DNA from: a virus | Direction: 5' to 3' (one strand) | DNA: 64,000 nucleotides | IMG/VR virus record: IMGVR_UViG_3300025096_000010 | Location: 2,823 to 66,822 of that record | Part shown: piece after piece, positions 19,768 to 43,336 of the stretch | Layout: each line of letters begins with the position of its first letter | Position numbering within the stretch: position 1 is the first letter of the stretch | The notes under the pieces: generated by a model | Databases searched by the model: none | What the model was told of the DNA's origin: nothing | What the model saw: the letters and a program-made list of their open reading frames with translations, nothing else | Made by a program: the position numbers and the translations under genes

Positions 19768-20353
19768 TGTCTGGGTTAATATCTATGACTTTCTTGGGCC
19801 TTATGGCCCCTCGCCCGCGGTCTGCTTTGGCATTGTTAAGGATAGAGATGTCGATTTGCATGGTGCTGGCCCCGCCCCCCTTTGCGTTGAGTCCAAGGTT
19901 TCGCCGGATTAGCTGATCCAGTTCCGAGAGTTCTCGTACGGTTTTAGGTCCCCGTAGGTGAGTTACACTGTCCCGCAGGAGTTTGATCCCCGCAGCAGCT
20001 ATGTAATGCTGGTATTTATCTGCGGGGGAGGATTGCCGCTCGGCTATTTCCATCATGGTTTTATCCTCATCTTTTCTAGCGTCATGTTGAGCACAGAGGA
20101 TGGCATCGTCTGTCATGTTGTGAAGTTCCCCGTCAAGGTCGGCAGCAAGTTGATCTGTGGGGGGCTCATTTTCGACAGCCGGTTCGTGGGGGACATTGCC
20201 ACCCTTCCTAGGTGGGAGCCCCGCCGCCTTGAACCATCTCCGCACTGTACCTGCGTGGACTCCGAGTTCCCGCGCTATGACATTCATCCTGTAGTTCTTA
20301 TTGTGCATCTCTAAAGCTCTGCGCTTTAGTTCGTCTTTGGGGTTGTCACTCAC
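19760..20353 (-). CDS. HTH protein, probable terminase small subunit
   Basis: N-terminal HTH (IARELGVHAGTVRRW), helical core and beta tail; adjacent to TerL. Confidence 0.55.
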   Translation of the reverse strand: MSDNPKDELKRRALEMHNKNYRMNVIARELGVHAGTVRRWFKAAGLPPRKGGNVPHEPAVENEPPTDQLAADLDGELHNMTDDAILCAQHDARKDEDKTMMEIAERQSSPADKYQHYIAAAGIKLLRDSVTHLRGPKTVRELSELDQLIRRNLGLNAKGGGASTMQIDISILNNAKADRGRGAIRPKKVIDINPDND

Positions 20354-20371
20354 AGGCGCGGTCCTTACTTT
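20343..20371 (+). promoter_or_regulatory. sigma70-like promoter for terL
   Basis: TTGTCA-N17-TACTTT. Confidence 0.45.
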
Positions 20372-20382
20372 ACGTTTTGATT

Positions 20383-22167
20383 ATGGCTTCAAAGAAGAAG
20401 ACCTACAAGCAGATACTCGATCCCGTCATCGACCCCAAGACTAAGCAGATGGACGTCGGTGGGCTACTAATCCCCCCAACCAGTTTAATAACGGCTTTAC
20501 TTTATGGCTTTGCACACCACACCCATGCCAAGGCAAAAGAATATTATTTTTGGAAGGTGTGCGATGAGCTGTGGAATCATGTAGATCTACCGGAACAGTT
20601 GATGGTGCGGCATCCGTGGGCGGAAGAGATGATACGGTGTGCGATTGAGAATAAATATTTGGCGATTGGTGGGTCCGCTTCGTCGGGTAAATCGCATACT
20701 ATGGCCGCGTGGGGTATAGTAAACTGGTTGTCTCAACCCAAGGATACACTGGTTTTGATGACCTCGACGACGTTACGTGAGGCACGTAAACGTATCTGGG
20801 GGTCGGTGATGTCTTTGTTAACTGTCATTGAAGGGGCTCCGGTTAAAATCAGGGACTCCATTGGGAACGCCGCATATGTCGATGAGAAGGGGACGCTTAT
20901 TGAACGGGCGGGCCTAAGCCTTATTTCTGCGGAGAAATCTAAGACACGTGAGGCCGTGGGAAAATTTATCGGGATCAAGCAGAAGCGTGTAATTTTGGTC
21001 GGGGATGAGCTGTCCGAACTTTCAGAGGCGATTCTTCAGGCGGGTTTGACGAACTTGTCGAAGAACCCTGAGTTCCAACTCATCGGGATGTCAAACCCGA
21101 ATAGCCGGTTTGACGCTTTTGGTATCTGGTCTCAGCCCAAAGGGGGGTGGGATTCGGTGGATACTAATACATACGATAACTGGGAGACAAAGTGGGGCGG
21201 GCATTACCTACGGTTGGACGGGGAGCGGTCCCCTAATATTATGGCGGGGGAGACCCTGTATCCATGGCTACCGACACAGGAAAAACTCGACGAGGATAAG
21301 GCTCTATTGGGGGTCGAATCGCGGGGTTATATGCGGATGGTACGCGCGGTGTTCTTTGATTCGGATGAAACCACCGGAATCTACAGTGAATCTGAGTTGG
21401 CTACCTGCGGGGCCATGAATAAGGTGGACTGGGCCAGCGCCCCAGTAAACGTCGCGGGGTGTGACCCCGCGTTTACCAATGGTGGGGACCGTACGATTCT
21501 CTATACCGCGTCGGTCGGGTATGATAAATCCGGCCAATACGTGATAGAGTTTGGGGAGGCGATTCATTTGAATGATGATGCGACCAACAAGGCCGTTCCA
21601 CGGACTTATCAAATCGTTAGGCAGATTAAGGAACATTGCGAGAAACGGAAAATTCTCCCTGAGAATTTAGCGGTCGATGCCACCGGAGCGGGAGCCCCTT
21701 TTTGTGATGTGCTGGCGGGGGAGTGGGCTGGGACTTTTATGCGGGTGAGTTTTGGGGGTAAGCCTAGTGATAAGCGGGTCAGCATGAGTAGTAAGCTCAC
21801 GGGGGTCGAGATGTACACAAATCGTGTATCCGAGATGTGGTTCGTGGGAAAAGAATTGATGCGGACAAAGCAGATGTTCGGGGTGGGGCCAGACTTGGCT
21901 CAAGAGATCACGGGGCGAAATTACGATTTAGTTAAAACAGGGTCGCTCAAGGTGAAGATCGAGCCTAAGCCTGAGTTTAAGGGGCGATTCGGCAGGAGCC
22001 CCGACTTGGCGGACGCTGCATTTCTGGCCCTCGACTGTGCTCGCCAGCGTCTTGGTCTCGTAGCGATTGACCCCCCACAAGCGGATTCTGGAACGGTCCG
22101 CCCACCTGTAACTATCAAGCAGTTGGATAGCGCGCTAAGCAACCCTGAGGCGGCATTGCTGGATTGA
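20383..22167 (+). CDS. terL: terminase large subunit
   Basis: GSASSGKS Walker A, VGDE Walker B, MSNP, GCDPA nuclease motif, SPDLADA; an alternative TTG start lies at 20377. Confidence 0.9.
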   Translation: MASKKKTYKQILDPVIDPKTKQMDVGGLLIPPTSLITALLYGFAHHTHAKAKEYYFWKVCDELWNHVDLPEQLMVRHPWAEEMIRCAIENKYLAIGGSASSGKSHTMAAWGIVNWLSQPKDTLVLMTSTTLREARKRIWGSVMSLLTVIEGAPVKIRDSIGNAAYVDEKGTLIERAGLSLISAEKSKTREAVGKFIGIKQKRVILVGDELSELSEAILQAGLTNLSKNPEFQLIGMSNPNSRFDAFGIWSQPKGGWDSVDTNTYDNWETKWGGHYLRLDGERSPNIMAGETLYPWLPTQEKLDEDKALLGVESRGYMRMVRAVFFDSDETTGIYSESELATCGAMNKVDWASAPVNVAGCDPAFTNGGDRTILYTASVGYDKSGQYVIEFGEAIHLNDDATNKAVPRTYQIVRQIKEHCEKRKILPENLAVDATGAGAPFCDVLAGEWAGTFMRVSFGGKPSDKRVSMSSKLTGVEMYTNRVSEMWFVGKELMRTKQMFGVGPDLAQEITGRNYDLVKTGSLKVKIEPKPEFKGRFGRSPDLADAAFLALDCARQRLGLVAIDPPQADSGTVRPPVTIKQLDSALSNPEAALLD

Positions 22168-22191
22168 CTTATAATCCCTGAAATATAGTAT
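22164..22191 (+). promoter_or_regulatory. sigma70-like promoter, probably leaderless
   Basis: TTGACT-N16-TAGTAT, 5 nt before ATG 22197. Confidence 0.5.
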
Positions 22192-22196
22192 ACGGC

Positions 22197-22973
22197 ATGG
22201 CTGAAGTGGATGCAGTTACTAAATCGCGTCAGGATTTTGCAGAGGTTCTTCGTAAACACCGCATAAAAGGAATGGGCCGTGCGGATATGCTGGATAGGTG
22301 GGAACAATTAGGTCCCTCTGGGTTTGGGGCGACCCTTGGGGCTTCTCCCGAGATCGACCCGGAACTTGACGATATTGACTCGAAAAAATACCTCGATCCC
22401 GACAAGTTTAAGACCTTTGTTGACAAGATGTACTCGGGGAAGATGGACACTGCGAGGGACAGACAGCAAAGAAGGCAAATCGAACGCAGCGATTTTGCAC
22501 GGCAACAGAAGTCGCGTAAGCTGGACCGGGAAGCTGCATTTACGGATAAGATGGACCGGCAGCGTAAGGAGAGTGCCGCGAAGTTTGGTGTAAAACACGA
22601 GGTGGAAACTCCCGGTTTGGATAGGATCGCCGCGATGCAGGACGCACCTTTTGGTACAAGCACCGCTCATGCGGGGGAAATTGCCAAGGGGGTTGGGCAA
22701 CAGTCTAGGCGGACGGTAACTCCTAGGTCGGCAGCTTTTGGAGCTGAGGCGCGCGCCCACGAAAGGGCCGGAAATAAAGCGGAGGCGGCAAAAGCCCGTG
22801 CTGCACAGTTTGCGGAACGTCGCGGGGAACCCAACATCAGGGGGCAGGTAGAGAAACAGCGAGAGAGGGAGCGCGAACGAGACGCTAGAGAGAAACATCT
22901 AAAAGATAAGGCAGCTAGGGAGGCTGATGCAGCTGCAGCCAAAGCGAGAGCCGAAGCTGAGAAAAACAGATAG
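22197..22973 (+). CDS. putative internal virion (ejection) protein
   Basis: Helical, A/R/E-rich; first of a small-medium-giant trio. Confidence 0.45.
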   Translation: MAEVDAVTKSRQDFAEVLRKHRIKGMGRADMLDRWEQLGPSGFGATLGASPEIDPELDDIDSKKYLDPDKFKTFVDKMYSGKMDTARDRQQRRQIERSDFARQQKSRKLDREAAFTDKMDRQRKESAAKFGVKHEVETPGLDRIAAMQDAPFGTSTAHAGEIAKGVGQQSRRTVTPRSAAFGAEARAHERAGNKAEAAKARAAQFAERRGEPNIRGQVEKQRERERERDAREKHLKDKAAREADAAAAKARAEAEKNR

Positions 22974-22975
22974 CG

Positions 22976-24205
22976 ATGGCCGAACCAGACCTTAAGCAGG
23001 GCGTAGACGCCCTTAAGAATAGATTTGATCTGGAGGCTCCTGTTACTCGCGAGGAACGGGATGCCGAAAGAATTCACTATGAGCGGTACATTGCCCCGCG
23101 TCTGGAGAGCATTACGGAATCTTATGACCGTATAACCAAGCGGAGACAGGATGCCGAGATGCACAAACTCAAGACGGCAGAGGTGGCCGCTAGTATTGCC
23201 AAACTAAAGGAAAAAAAGGATACAGACGAACAGGATCAAGCGGGGTTGGCCGCGATCCACAAGAGCTGGAGCGATATTAGCGAGATAATTGATAACATAG
23301 GCGTTGTCCCCAACCCCGACGATCTTGAGGGGGTTTTCCCCCGCACATACGTTCCAGCATCGATTCCCCAGATGCGGGACGCCCTTCAGCAGGCACGAAA
23401 TATGTATAACAATTTTGGTTTAAGAACCCGCATCCTAAATAGTACTGACAAAGTAGGGTTTGAAAAAATGTTCGCGGACAAAATCTCTCAAGGAGAGAAA
23501 TTCATAGCGACCACCGAAACGCGACGGAAAGAGTCGTCGACATTGATGGCGGACTACGAGGACCTGCTGAATTATGACAGCTCAGATATCATAGACGACA
23601 AGGGTAAGGTTACTGGTAATACTGCTGACCAGTACAAAGCCGCGCGCGGTAGATTTGAATCTACTCACAACATGAATGAGTTCAGATCTGTTATTAGCCG
23701 GGGCAAGAAAAGACTTAACCAGAATCGCGACCGCATGGAGGTTCGTATTAAAAGAGTGGACGAGCTGTACGACAAAGTAGCTAATAAACGCAAGTTCGTA
23801 GCTACGACCGAGGTGCTGCGGGAAGGTCAACAAATTGAGGACCAAGTTATACGCCGGGTACCAAATGACCCCATATTTGTTCGGAGCATATATAAAGAGT
23901 ATCTCTCTTTGCTGGGGGACCGCGCAAAAGATCCAGCGGATTTTGAGCGGTTGGTTGGGAAATCTAGGACTGCGGCAGAAGCCCAGCTGAACAAAGGCCA
24001 CGGCGATCAAACTTTAGAATCCGAAACGCCCTTCGATGAATTTTCTAATACGCTGTATAAGAGGATTATTGATTATATGGCCGAAGAGAAAAATACTCTA
24101 GAGGAGGACGCGAGGGCCATAGGCGTATCTGTCCCCCGCGGAGCAGACACACAAGTGTCCCCCTCGGCTGAAAGAATCGTAGAGGATAAGTTAAATTCCC
24201 CATAA
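22976..24205 (+). CDS. putative internal virion (ejection) protein
   Basis: 409 aa, helical and charged. Confidence 0.45.
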   Translation: MAEPDLKQGVDALKNRFDLEAPVTREERDAERIHYERYIAPRLESITESYDRITKRRQDAEMHKLKTAEVAASIAKLKEKKDTDEQDQAGLAAIHKSWSDISEIIDNIGVVPNPDDLEGVFPRTYVPASIPQMRDALQQARNMYNNFGLRTRILNSTDKVGFEKMFADKISQGEKFIATTETRRKESSTLMADYEDLLNYDSSDIIDDKGKVTGNTADQYKAARGRFESTHNMNEFRSVISRGKKRLNQNRDRMEVRIKRVDELYDKVANKRKFVATTEVLREGQQIEDQVIRRVPNDPIFVRSIYKEYLSLLGDRAKDPADFERLVGKSRTAAEAQLNKGHGDQTLESETPFDEFSNTLYKRIIDYMAEEKNTLEEDARAIGVSVPRGADTQVSPSAERIVEDKLNSP

Positions 24206-24226
24206 CCATTAACCACATAATTAAGC

Positions 24227-37573
<13,347 letters not shown>

Positions 37574-37584
37574 GTTAGTATTAT

Positions 37585-37797
37585 TCAGCGGTCCATCTGC
37601 CGAACCACGGTCAGGCGGCTGGCTATCTTCTTGCCGAGATCATCGGGGTCCATGTGACCGAAGAACGGATACCCGAGGACGTCCCCCTCTATCGGGAAGA
37701 TCCGTATGGAATCAGGGATCACTTCACCCCCCGCTACCACACCGTCGATCATGATCGGCAACCCGCTGGGGTAGAACTCACGTATCATTTCAATCAT
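37585..37797 (-). CDS. hypothetical protein
   Basis: 70 aa, ATGA overlap with upstream gene. Confidence 0.5.
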   Translation of the reverse strand: MIEMIREFYPSGLPIMIDGVVAGGEVIPDSIRIFPIEGDVLGYPFFGHMDPDDLGKKIASRLTVVRQMDR

Positions 37798-38096
37798 AGT
37801 TCCGGTATCTCAGTTGGAGTTAGTTGCTTGATGGCCAGTTGGAGCTTATCCAAGTCCGCTTCTGCTATGGGGTGTTCCAGTTCCCACGGTCCATAGCCAC
37901 AGGCGATTGCGATTGCGTGGGCATAGCTGTCTCGTTTTTCTGAACTGTATGTTGTCTTTGATCGAAGGGACATGACGGGGGTATAGGTAATCACCGCCCA
38001 TCCATTGACCGCTTCGTTGTCTGGTTTAGACTGCATCTTAACGGGGACTCCGTTAATATCAATCACCTGCATATTTATCTTTGGGGGTATACTCAT
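37794..38096 (-). CDS. hypothetical protein
   Basis: 100 aa, coupled. Confidence 0.55.
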   Translation of the reverse strand: MSIPPKINMQVIDINGVPVKMQSKPDNEAVNGWAVITYTPVMSLRSKTTYSSEKRDSYAHAIAIACGYGPWELEHPIAEADLDKLQLAIKQLTPTEIPEL

Positions 38097-38398
38097 GGTC
38101 TCTTGAAGGTCATTCCATCCGAGAATGGGATGGGGTTGCGGTCAGGCCCGATAGATACCCACCACTTAAAGTCTTCCTGACTCACCCAGAAGTCTAATCC
38201 GTAGGCACTGGCAGTGTCGTTCATTCTTCTTTTGGTGGTGGCTGTTCTCCAACCACCAGAGTTCAACGTAATGGTGCCCTGTGTGAACTCCACTACGTTC
38301 GTATCGTGGTAGCGAACGGCGGTCTTCAGACCCATCTTGTCAGACAGGTCGAGTACCTTCGTCGCGGCCTTTCCCTTGAAGGGATTACTCATGCTCAT
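38093..38398 (-). CDS. hypothetical phage protein
   Basis: YHDT..ITLNSGGWRTATTKRRMN motif typical of a common small phage protein family. Confidence 0.65.
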   Translation of the reverse strand: MSMSNPFKGKAATKVLDLSDKMGLKTAVRYHDTNVVEFTQGTITLNSGGWRTATTKRRMNDTASAYGLDFWVSQEDFKWWVSIGPDRNPIPFSDGMTFKRP

Positions 38399-38567
38399 TT
38401 GTTTGTTCTTTGTACTTGGTTAATGCTTCCTCCATACGGGCAGCGAGGTCCGCTAGCCAAGGTCCAGTGGACACGGCATTGATAGTCAGACTTGTGCTGA
38501 TGTCCTTGATCTCATCAAGGAGTTCGGCAGTTGCTTCCCGTTCCCTGCATAGTGTTGAGTTGCTCAT
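38385..38567 (-). CDS. hypothetical protein
   Basis: 60 aa. Confidence 0.45.
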   Translation of the reverse strand: MSNSTLCREREATAELLDEIKDISTSLTINAVSTGPWLADLAARMEEALTKYKEQTNEHE

Positions 38568-38642
38568 GGCTTGGGGTCGTCTGTCCGCTTCCGTCGCAGG
38601 ACAAGAAGCAGGGTTAAGGGTACAAGAATCAGGAATAATAAT

Positions 38643-38909
38643 TCATTCATGGTCTTCAGATACCGGTGGTTTGTTCGCGGTTACACGAATCGTGGTACAG
38701 GATGGGGATGCATCGGAATCGATGCCTCGGGCGGCTACCTGATTGAGGAGATGCACGATGCTTACACGGGTGTTATCAATGTCCCATGTTACGACCTGTG
38801 TTTCCTCATCAGGGAACTCACGCTTAACTTCCTTCAATGCCCGTTGGGCGGTGGCTTTTTTGTCAAACCATTCGCGGCCTTCGGAGCATCCTACTTCATA
38901 TATCTTCAT
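38643..38909 (-). CDS. hypothetical protein
   Basis: Start at ATG 38909 (MKIYEV). Confidence 0.5.
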   Translation of the reverse strand: MKIYEVGCSEGREWFDKKATAQRALKEVKREFPDEETQVVTWDIDNTRVSIVHLLNQVAARGIDSDASPSCTTIRVTANKPPVSEDHE

Positions 38910-38928
38910 GTGTTTATTGTGGTTTAGT

Positions 38929-40254
38929 TTATCCAAGGAGAGTCATGGTTGATTCAGCTTCTGCTTCTGCTTCTGATTCGATAGTCGCAGCAGGGTCGGC
39001 CATCTCGGTAGCTGCAGCAGTCCGAAGAACCGCAAGGGATTCCTCGTTCTCATCAGTCAGGCTGAACCCGAAGGGCTTAGGCTCGGCAAAGCCCAGCCGC
39101 TCAAACAAGTCTACAAGCATAGACCAGTTGGCCCGTAGCTTGGTAAAGCTTGGTATATCCAGACCCATGAAGCACTCGTTGGATTGATACAGGGTGTCAT
39201 CACTACACATCTGGTCCCAACGATCCTGTTCCTTGCGACAAGCCTCTGGGTAATCATGCCGGTACTGGTCACTATCACGGATGCAACGGGTCTTCCAGTT
39301 TTTGTCCACTACCTTATACAGATCCCTGTCACCGCGATAAGAACTGGGCATAATAAACGGGAACTCCTCCTCTACCATGTGAGACAGGACATAATCTAAG
39401 CCCTCCCCGACTGTATCTGTGTTAACCTTTTCATTACTATAAGCCTCCCGTAAGGATGTTGAGAACGCCGCCCACCTGTCCACATATTCAAGAGGCTCCT
39501 CGGTAAGGACCGCTTTCTTGATTGCCTCAAGCGCGGTCTCAAGTTTCTTCAACTCTGGTGAGTTAAGATACTGGGTCGCATATGCCCCGAATGAATTGCG
39601 GGCGTTGACCCTTACCGCACAGTTGTTGGTGAGGTAGTGCGCCCAGCCCAGTTGCCAGTTGCGTTCGGCCTTGTCTTTGCCGCAGACATCCACAAAGATT
39701 TTCTGAAATACTCGGAGGAGTATGTCCATAGGATCTACAGTGCGAGTCCTTGCGGGGATGCGTACCCCATGCATGGCTACTACCGGAAGGCGCAGGATAC
39801 AGGAACCATACAGCTTGTCGTATGCCCACTTGGCATCACGGCGAGCGAACAAGGTATTGCTACTGAACAGTGACGACCAGCTACCGGGCGCAGCTGCACC
39901 AACAAATAGCCAGTCCGCCTCATCATCTACCCTCTTGGTTACGGAATCGGGGAGGGCCACAATCATGGGCACCCAGTCCTTTCTTGTTAAGTCATCGTCA
40001 GCAAAGAAATCGTCGGGGTTCTGATAGGCCCGCCCAAGATGGTGGACTGCATCATCCCTGAGACTTGCCTCCTTTGCTTCCTTGCCCGTCACAGCGTATT
40101 TACGATCTTCCTCCCCGTCATCGTGGAAGATGTTGGCACCACTGACACCCTGCTTGGCCATCAACACCCCGTTACGGGCGCGGACTAATGTAGTTTGTGC
40201 ATCGCACTGGAATGGTTCGCGGTGGAACCACTCGATTACTTCTTCAGTTTTCAT
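38929..40254 (-). CDS. hypothetical protein (441 aa)
   Basis: Long ORF downstream of the vWA gene; no motif recognised. Confidence 0.65.
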   Translation of the reverse strand: MKTEEVIEWFHREPFQCDAQTTLVRARNGVLMAKQGVSGANIFHDDGEEDRKYAVTGKEAKEASLRDDAVHHLGRAYQNPDDFFADDDLTRKDWVPMIVALPDSVTKRVDDEADWLFVGAAAPGSWSSLFSSNTLFARRDAKWAYDKLYGSCILRLPVVAMHGVRIPARTRTVDPMDILLRVFQKIFVDVCGKDKAERNWQLGWAHYLTNNCAVRVNARNSFGAYATQYLNSPELKKLETALEAIKKAVLTEEPLEYVDRWAAFSTSLREAYSNEKVNTDTVGEGLDYVLSHMVEEEFPFIMPSSYRGDRDLYKVVDKNWKTRCIRDSDQYRHDYPEACRKEQDRWDQMCSDDTLYQSNECFMGLDIPSFTKLRANWSMLVDLFERLGFAEPKPFGFSLTDENEESLAVLRTAAATEMADPAATIESEAEAEAESTMTLLG

Positions 40255-40256
40255 AT

Positions 40257-40562
40257 TTACTTATCTTGGTTGGTGTTGTTTGGATTGACGGACAACAGAT
40301 GAACCGTCTTTGCATTTATATGCGCTTCTAATACTTTATCACCCAGTTGAACTGGGATGGTTGAAAAGGCATAGCGATTGTTCAGCCATGTGGCTAACGC
40401 TATGCGATTATTAACAGGGACGGGAACCGTACTGAGATTCAGGCCGGTGACGGCACCGCGCAGATCATCGTGAAATGTCTGCGCGGTACCTTTATCAGCG
40501 AACCATACCTCAGTAACGTCCCCACCCTTGTGCGGGCGGAAAGCTACCAAATGTATTCTCAT
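40257..40562 (-). CDS. hypothetical protein
   Basis: 101 aa, TGATG-coupled to the vWA gene. Confidence 0.55.
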   Translation of the reverse strand: MRIHLVAFRPHKGGDVTEVWFADKGTAQTFHDDLRGAVTGLNLSTVPVPVNNRIALATWLNNRYAFSTIPVQLGDKVLEAHINAKTVHLLSVNPNNTNQDK

Positions 40563-41929
40563 CAGGTGGTAGCTTGGTCGATCTGTTCAAGATCAATGAC
40601 ATCCCCGAACGGATACTCGGCAGCACCTTTGCCCCAAGTAAGCCAGAGAACTGGCATATTGGGAGGGGACTCGGGGAATGTTCCCCAACCATCGGTCATG
40701 TAGACGAGTACCCGTGGGTCCACTCGGTTATCCTCGACCCAGTCGAAGGCGGGACGGAAGTCCGTACCACCACGACCGTGGATCTCGATGTCCACTGGCT
40801 GATAGGGAGCGTACTCCCGCACCTTGGCAACCCGACTGTCTACATCCATATGGATGAGCCTGTCGGCGTTAAGAGTATTGACTGCATTCTGGATAACAGA
40901 GCAGCATACTTCTGCCACACGGGCGGGCATGGACCCACTGGTGTCATTGACGAACACCAATGAACCGATACGCTCATCCTCCATACCCGCCACGCATAGA
41001 TCGTGGTTGGCAAGGAACCTCTTGTCGGGCTTGGTCGAGCCTTCATCCATACAGAACTCGTCTGCATACTTCTGCAGAATATCCTTCATGTTCAAAGGAG
41101 ACTTCTGCAACTGCTGAAGTTTCTCCAAGAACCCACCCGGAGCATCGCCGCGCAGCTTGGAGGCATGGATGGAGGTAGATAAAATCTCCCGCCACTTGTC
41201 CTCCTGCTCGGCAATCTCCTCAGGCGTACCCTTGGGGATCTCAAACTCACCGGGTGACACAGGCTCGGGTAAGGGTTGGCCACCAGATCCACCTTCCGGT
41301 TTGTCTGGCTTAGTGCCGGAACCATCCTTGGATTCACCATCCTTGGAGTCGTCTGGCTTGGTGCCTTCACCTTCCTCACCGCCTTTACCATCACCATCAC
41401 CCTCGCCATCACCCTCACCTTCTTCGTCTCCCTCGGGAGGCTTAGGTGGCGGCGGTGGTGGGGGCGGCAACTCTTCTTCTTGGAGGCTCTTATAGATAGC
41501 CTCCGCGGCCTTCGTCTTGAACCGCTCAAGATCTACACACCCATCCTTAGGTAGGACGATTGGTCTGCTGGCTGTGTTGCTATACTCAGTCAGCAGGTTG
41601 TTGATCTCGTAATCGGTAGCGATGTTGGCGAGGCGCCCGTTACCCATCGCAACTGCTGAAGCGAAACGAACAAGGTGCCCAAACAAGGGGTGGCACACCT
41701 CATGAATGAGGAGGCCGACCAGTTCATAGTCGTTCAGTGTTGCTGTGAAATCAGGATTGAACCTGATAACACGACCATCCGTACAAGCCGTGGGGATTGT
41801 ACGATCCAATACTAGCGGCATACCCGCCATTGCTGGTGCGAAGAACGGGTGGTCCTTCATCACCGTGTTGGTCGCGGACTTTAACCGCGTTAGTTGCAGC
41901 TCATCTAGAGCTGTGTTGTCTGCACTCAT
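40562..41929 (-). CDS. DUF2201-type metallopeptidase plus vWA domain protein
   Basis: TACTDG..NPDF..HEVCH..NIATD; Pro/Gly/Glu linker; MIDAS DTSGSM, GRGGTDF, YMTDG. Confidence 0.9.
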   Translation of the reverse strand: MSADNTALDELQLTRLKSATNTVMKDHPFFAPAMAGMPLVLDRTIPTACTDGRVIRFNPDFTATLNDYELVGLLIHEVCHPLFGHLVRFASAVAMGNGRLANIATDYEINNLLTEYSNTASRPIVLPKDGCVDLERFKTKAAEAIYKSLQEEELPPPPPPPPKPPEGDEEGEGDGEGDGDGKGGEEGEGTKPDDSKDGESKDGSGTKPDKPEGGSGGQPLPEPVSPGEFEIPKGTPEEIAEQEDKWREILSTSIHASKLRGDAPGGFLEKLQQLQKSPLNMKDILQKYADEFCMDEGSTKPDKRFLANHDLCVAGMEDERIGSLVFVNDTSGSMPARVAEVCCSVIQNAVNTLNADRLIHMDVDSRVAKVREYAPYQPVDIEIHGRGGTDFRPAFDWVEDNRVDPRVLVYMTDGWGTFPESPPNMPVLWLTWGKGAAEYPFGDVIDLEQIDQATT

Positions 41930-42212
41930 AAGATATAAGTTCTTTATGCAATAATGCTATAGCCTCAAAGTCATCCCTGTGTTTCGCCCACAGTTCGTAA
42001 ACATGGGGCGATGCATACACACCCCGTGAGGTGCGCTCCATGTGCTGCCCTGCTTCATTGGCCTTGAGCCATTTGTTGAACCAGAACATTACAAGACCAT
42101 CCCACTCCGCTTCACCCAACTTGTGATCCACGGAGGTGGGAGGATTATGCAGGATGTGATCTATGAGATCGTTACTTGAGAAGTTCACCTTTGTGTTTGA
42201 GTTGCCATTCAA
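41901..42212 (-). CDS. hypothetical protein (start uncertain)
   Basis: Fills the gap between the AAA and vWA genes. Confidence 0.4.
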   Translation of the reverse strand: MNGNSNTKVNFSSNDLIDHILHNPPTSVDHKLGEAEWDGLVMFWFNKWLKANEAGQHMERTSRGVYASPHVYELWAKHRDDFEAIALLHKELISYECRQHSSR

Positions 42213-43323
42213 TCAAGGCACGCTCAGTACTCAAGTCTTTTCTCTTGCGACGGAGGCGATTGCCAACCATAGACTCCATAGACTCCAGATCCTCTGGACT
42301 ATTGAGGTTGGGGTCGGTCAACCTGTGACTCAAGAGAAGTACATCTGACAGATTGTCCTTCTCAGCAAGGGTCACCAGCTTACTGGCAACGATGTACTTG
42401 AGGTCGGGACGTTCCACGATCCGTCTCAGGTCACAGTTACGGGCATCGGCCAGCAACTCACCGACATCACCACAGGTAGCATAGAGCTGCACGAAGGTGA
42501 CGAACTCCTGCCCAGCCTTGGCACCTATACACCCACAAACATCTGCCTTGAACAGGCGGGTGTTGTCGGTAGCTACCATCTCAGCAGGCTCGGAGTACGT
42601 AGTAAGTAACTGATCCAGCTTGGTGTACGAACGGGAAGTAGACTGAGCCTGCTCCCCATCCCACTTGTCCATGTTGTCACAGTAGAGGGACTCGTTGTGA
42701 GCCTGAAGGAACCCGTAGACATACTCAGTCTGCGCGTTATCCATCAACCAATCGAGGGTACCCTTGATCGAGGGTTCCAACTGATAGACAACGAACCTGT
42801 CTATGACTGAAGCAGGCGCACGGCTAGACTGACAGTGATGCTTCTGCCCATTGGCAGCAGCCACCATCATGGTGTTGCGGGGGAACTTGTACTCCCCGAT
42901 CATACGCTCCAGCACAGCCTGCTGGGCTACCTTGATAACCGAAGCGTTGGCATTGAACAGCTCATCCCAGAAGATGAGATACTTCTTGTCGCAATCGGAA
43001 TCAGGAAACACTGCGTCCCGATACCAGATCATTCGTTCAAAGGTATCTGAATTGGGATCACGATCAGGGACACCGAAGCCCTTGATGTCGTTGAAGGTAT
43101 TGTAGGACAGGTACACAGGGATGTATATCATCCCATTGTCGTGTGCAAACTGTTCTACCTGCGCGCTCTTACTGACGCCGGGAGGGCCAATAAGAAGTAC
43201 GGGTTTGTACTTACCGGCTTGTTCACCGGTAGGATTGTCGGCCCGCCATGCCCGCCTAAGGATAAGCGGGATCATCTCGGGGGTACTGGTTGGTAGCGGG
43301 ACCACCGCATCATTTTCACTCAT
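42172..43323 (-). CDS. MoxR-like AAA+ ATPase
   Basis: GPPGVSKS, IFWDE, AAAN, DRF, TSRS. Confidence 0.9.
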   Translation of the reverse strand: MSENDAVVPLPTSTPEMIPLILRRAWRADNPTGEQAGKYKPVLLIGPPGVSKSAQVEQFAHDNGMIYIPVYLSYNTFNDIKGFGVPDRDPNSDTFERMIWYRDAVFPDSDCDKKYLIFWDELFNANASVIKVAQQAVLERMIGEYKFPRNTMMVAAANGQKHHCQSSRAPASVIDRFVVYQLEPSIKGTLDWLMDNAQTEYVYGFLQAHNESLYCDNMDKWDGEQAQSTSRSYTKLDQLLTTYSEPAEMVATDNTRLFKADVCGCIGAKAGQEFVTFVQLYATCGDVGELLADARNCDLRRIVERPDLKYIVASKLVTLAEKDNLSDVLLLSHRLTDPNLNSPEDLESMESMVGNRLRRKRKDLSTERALIEWQLKHKGELLK

Positions 43324-43336
43324 ATGTATATACTGG

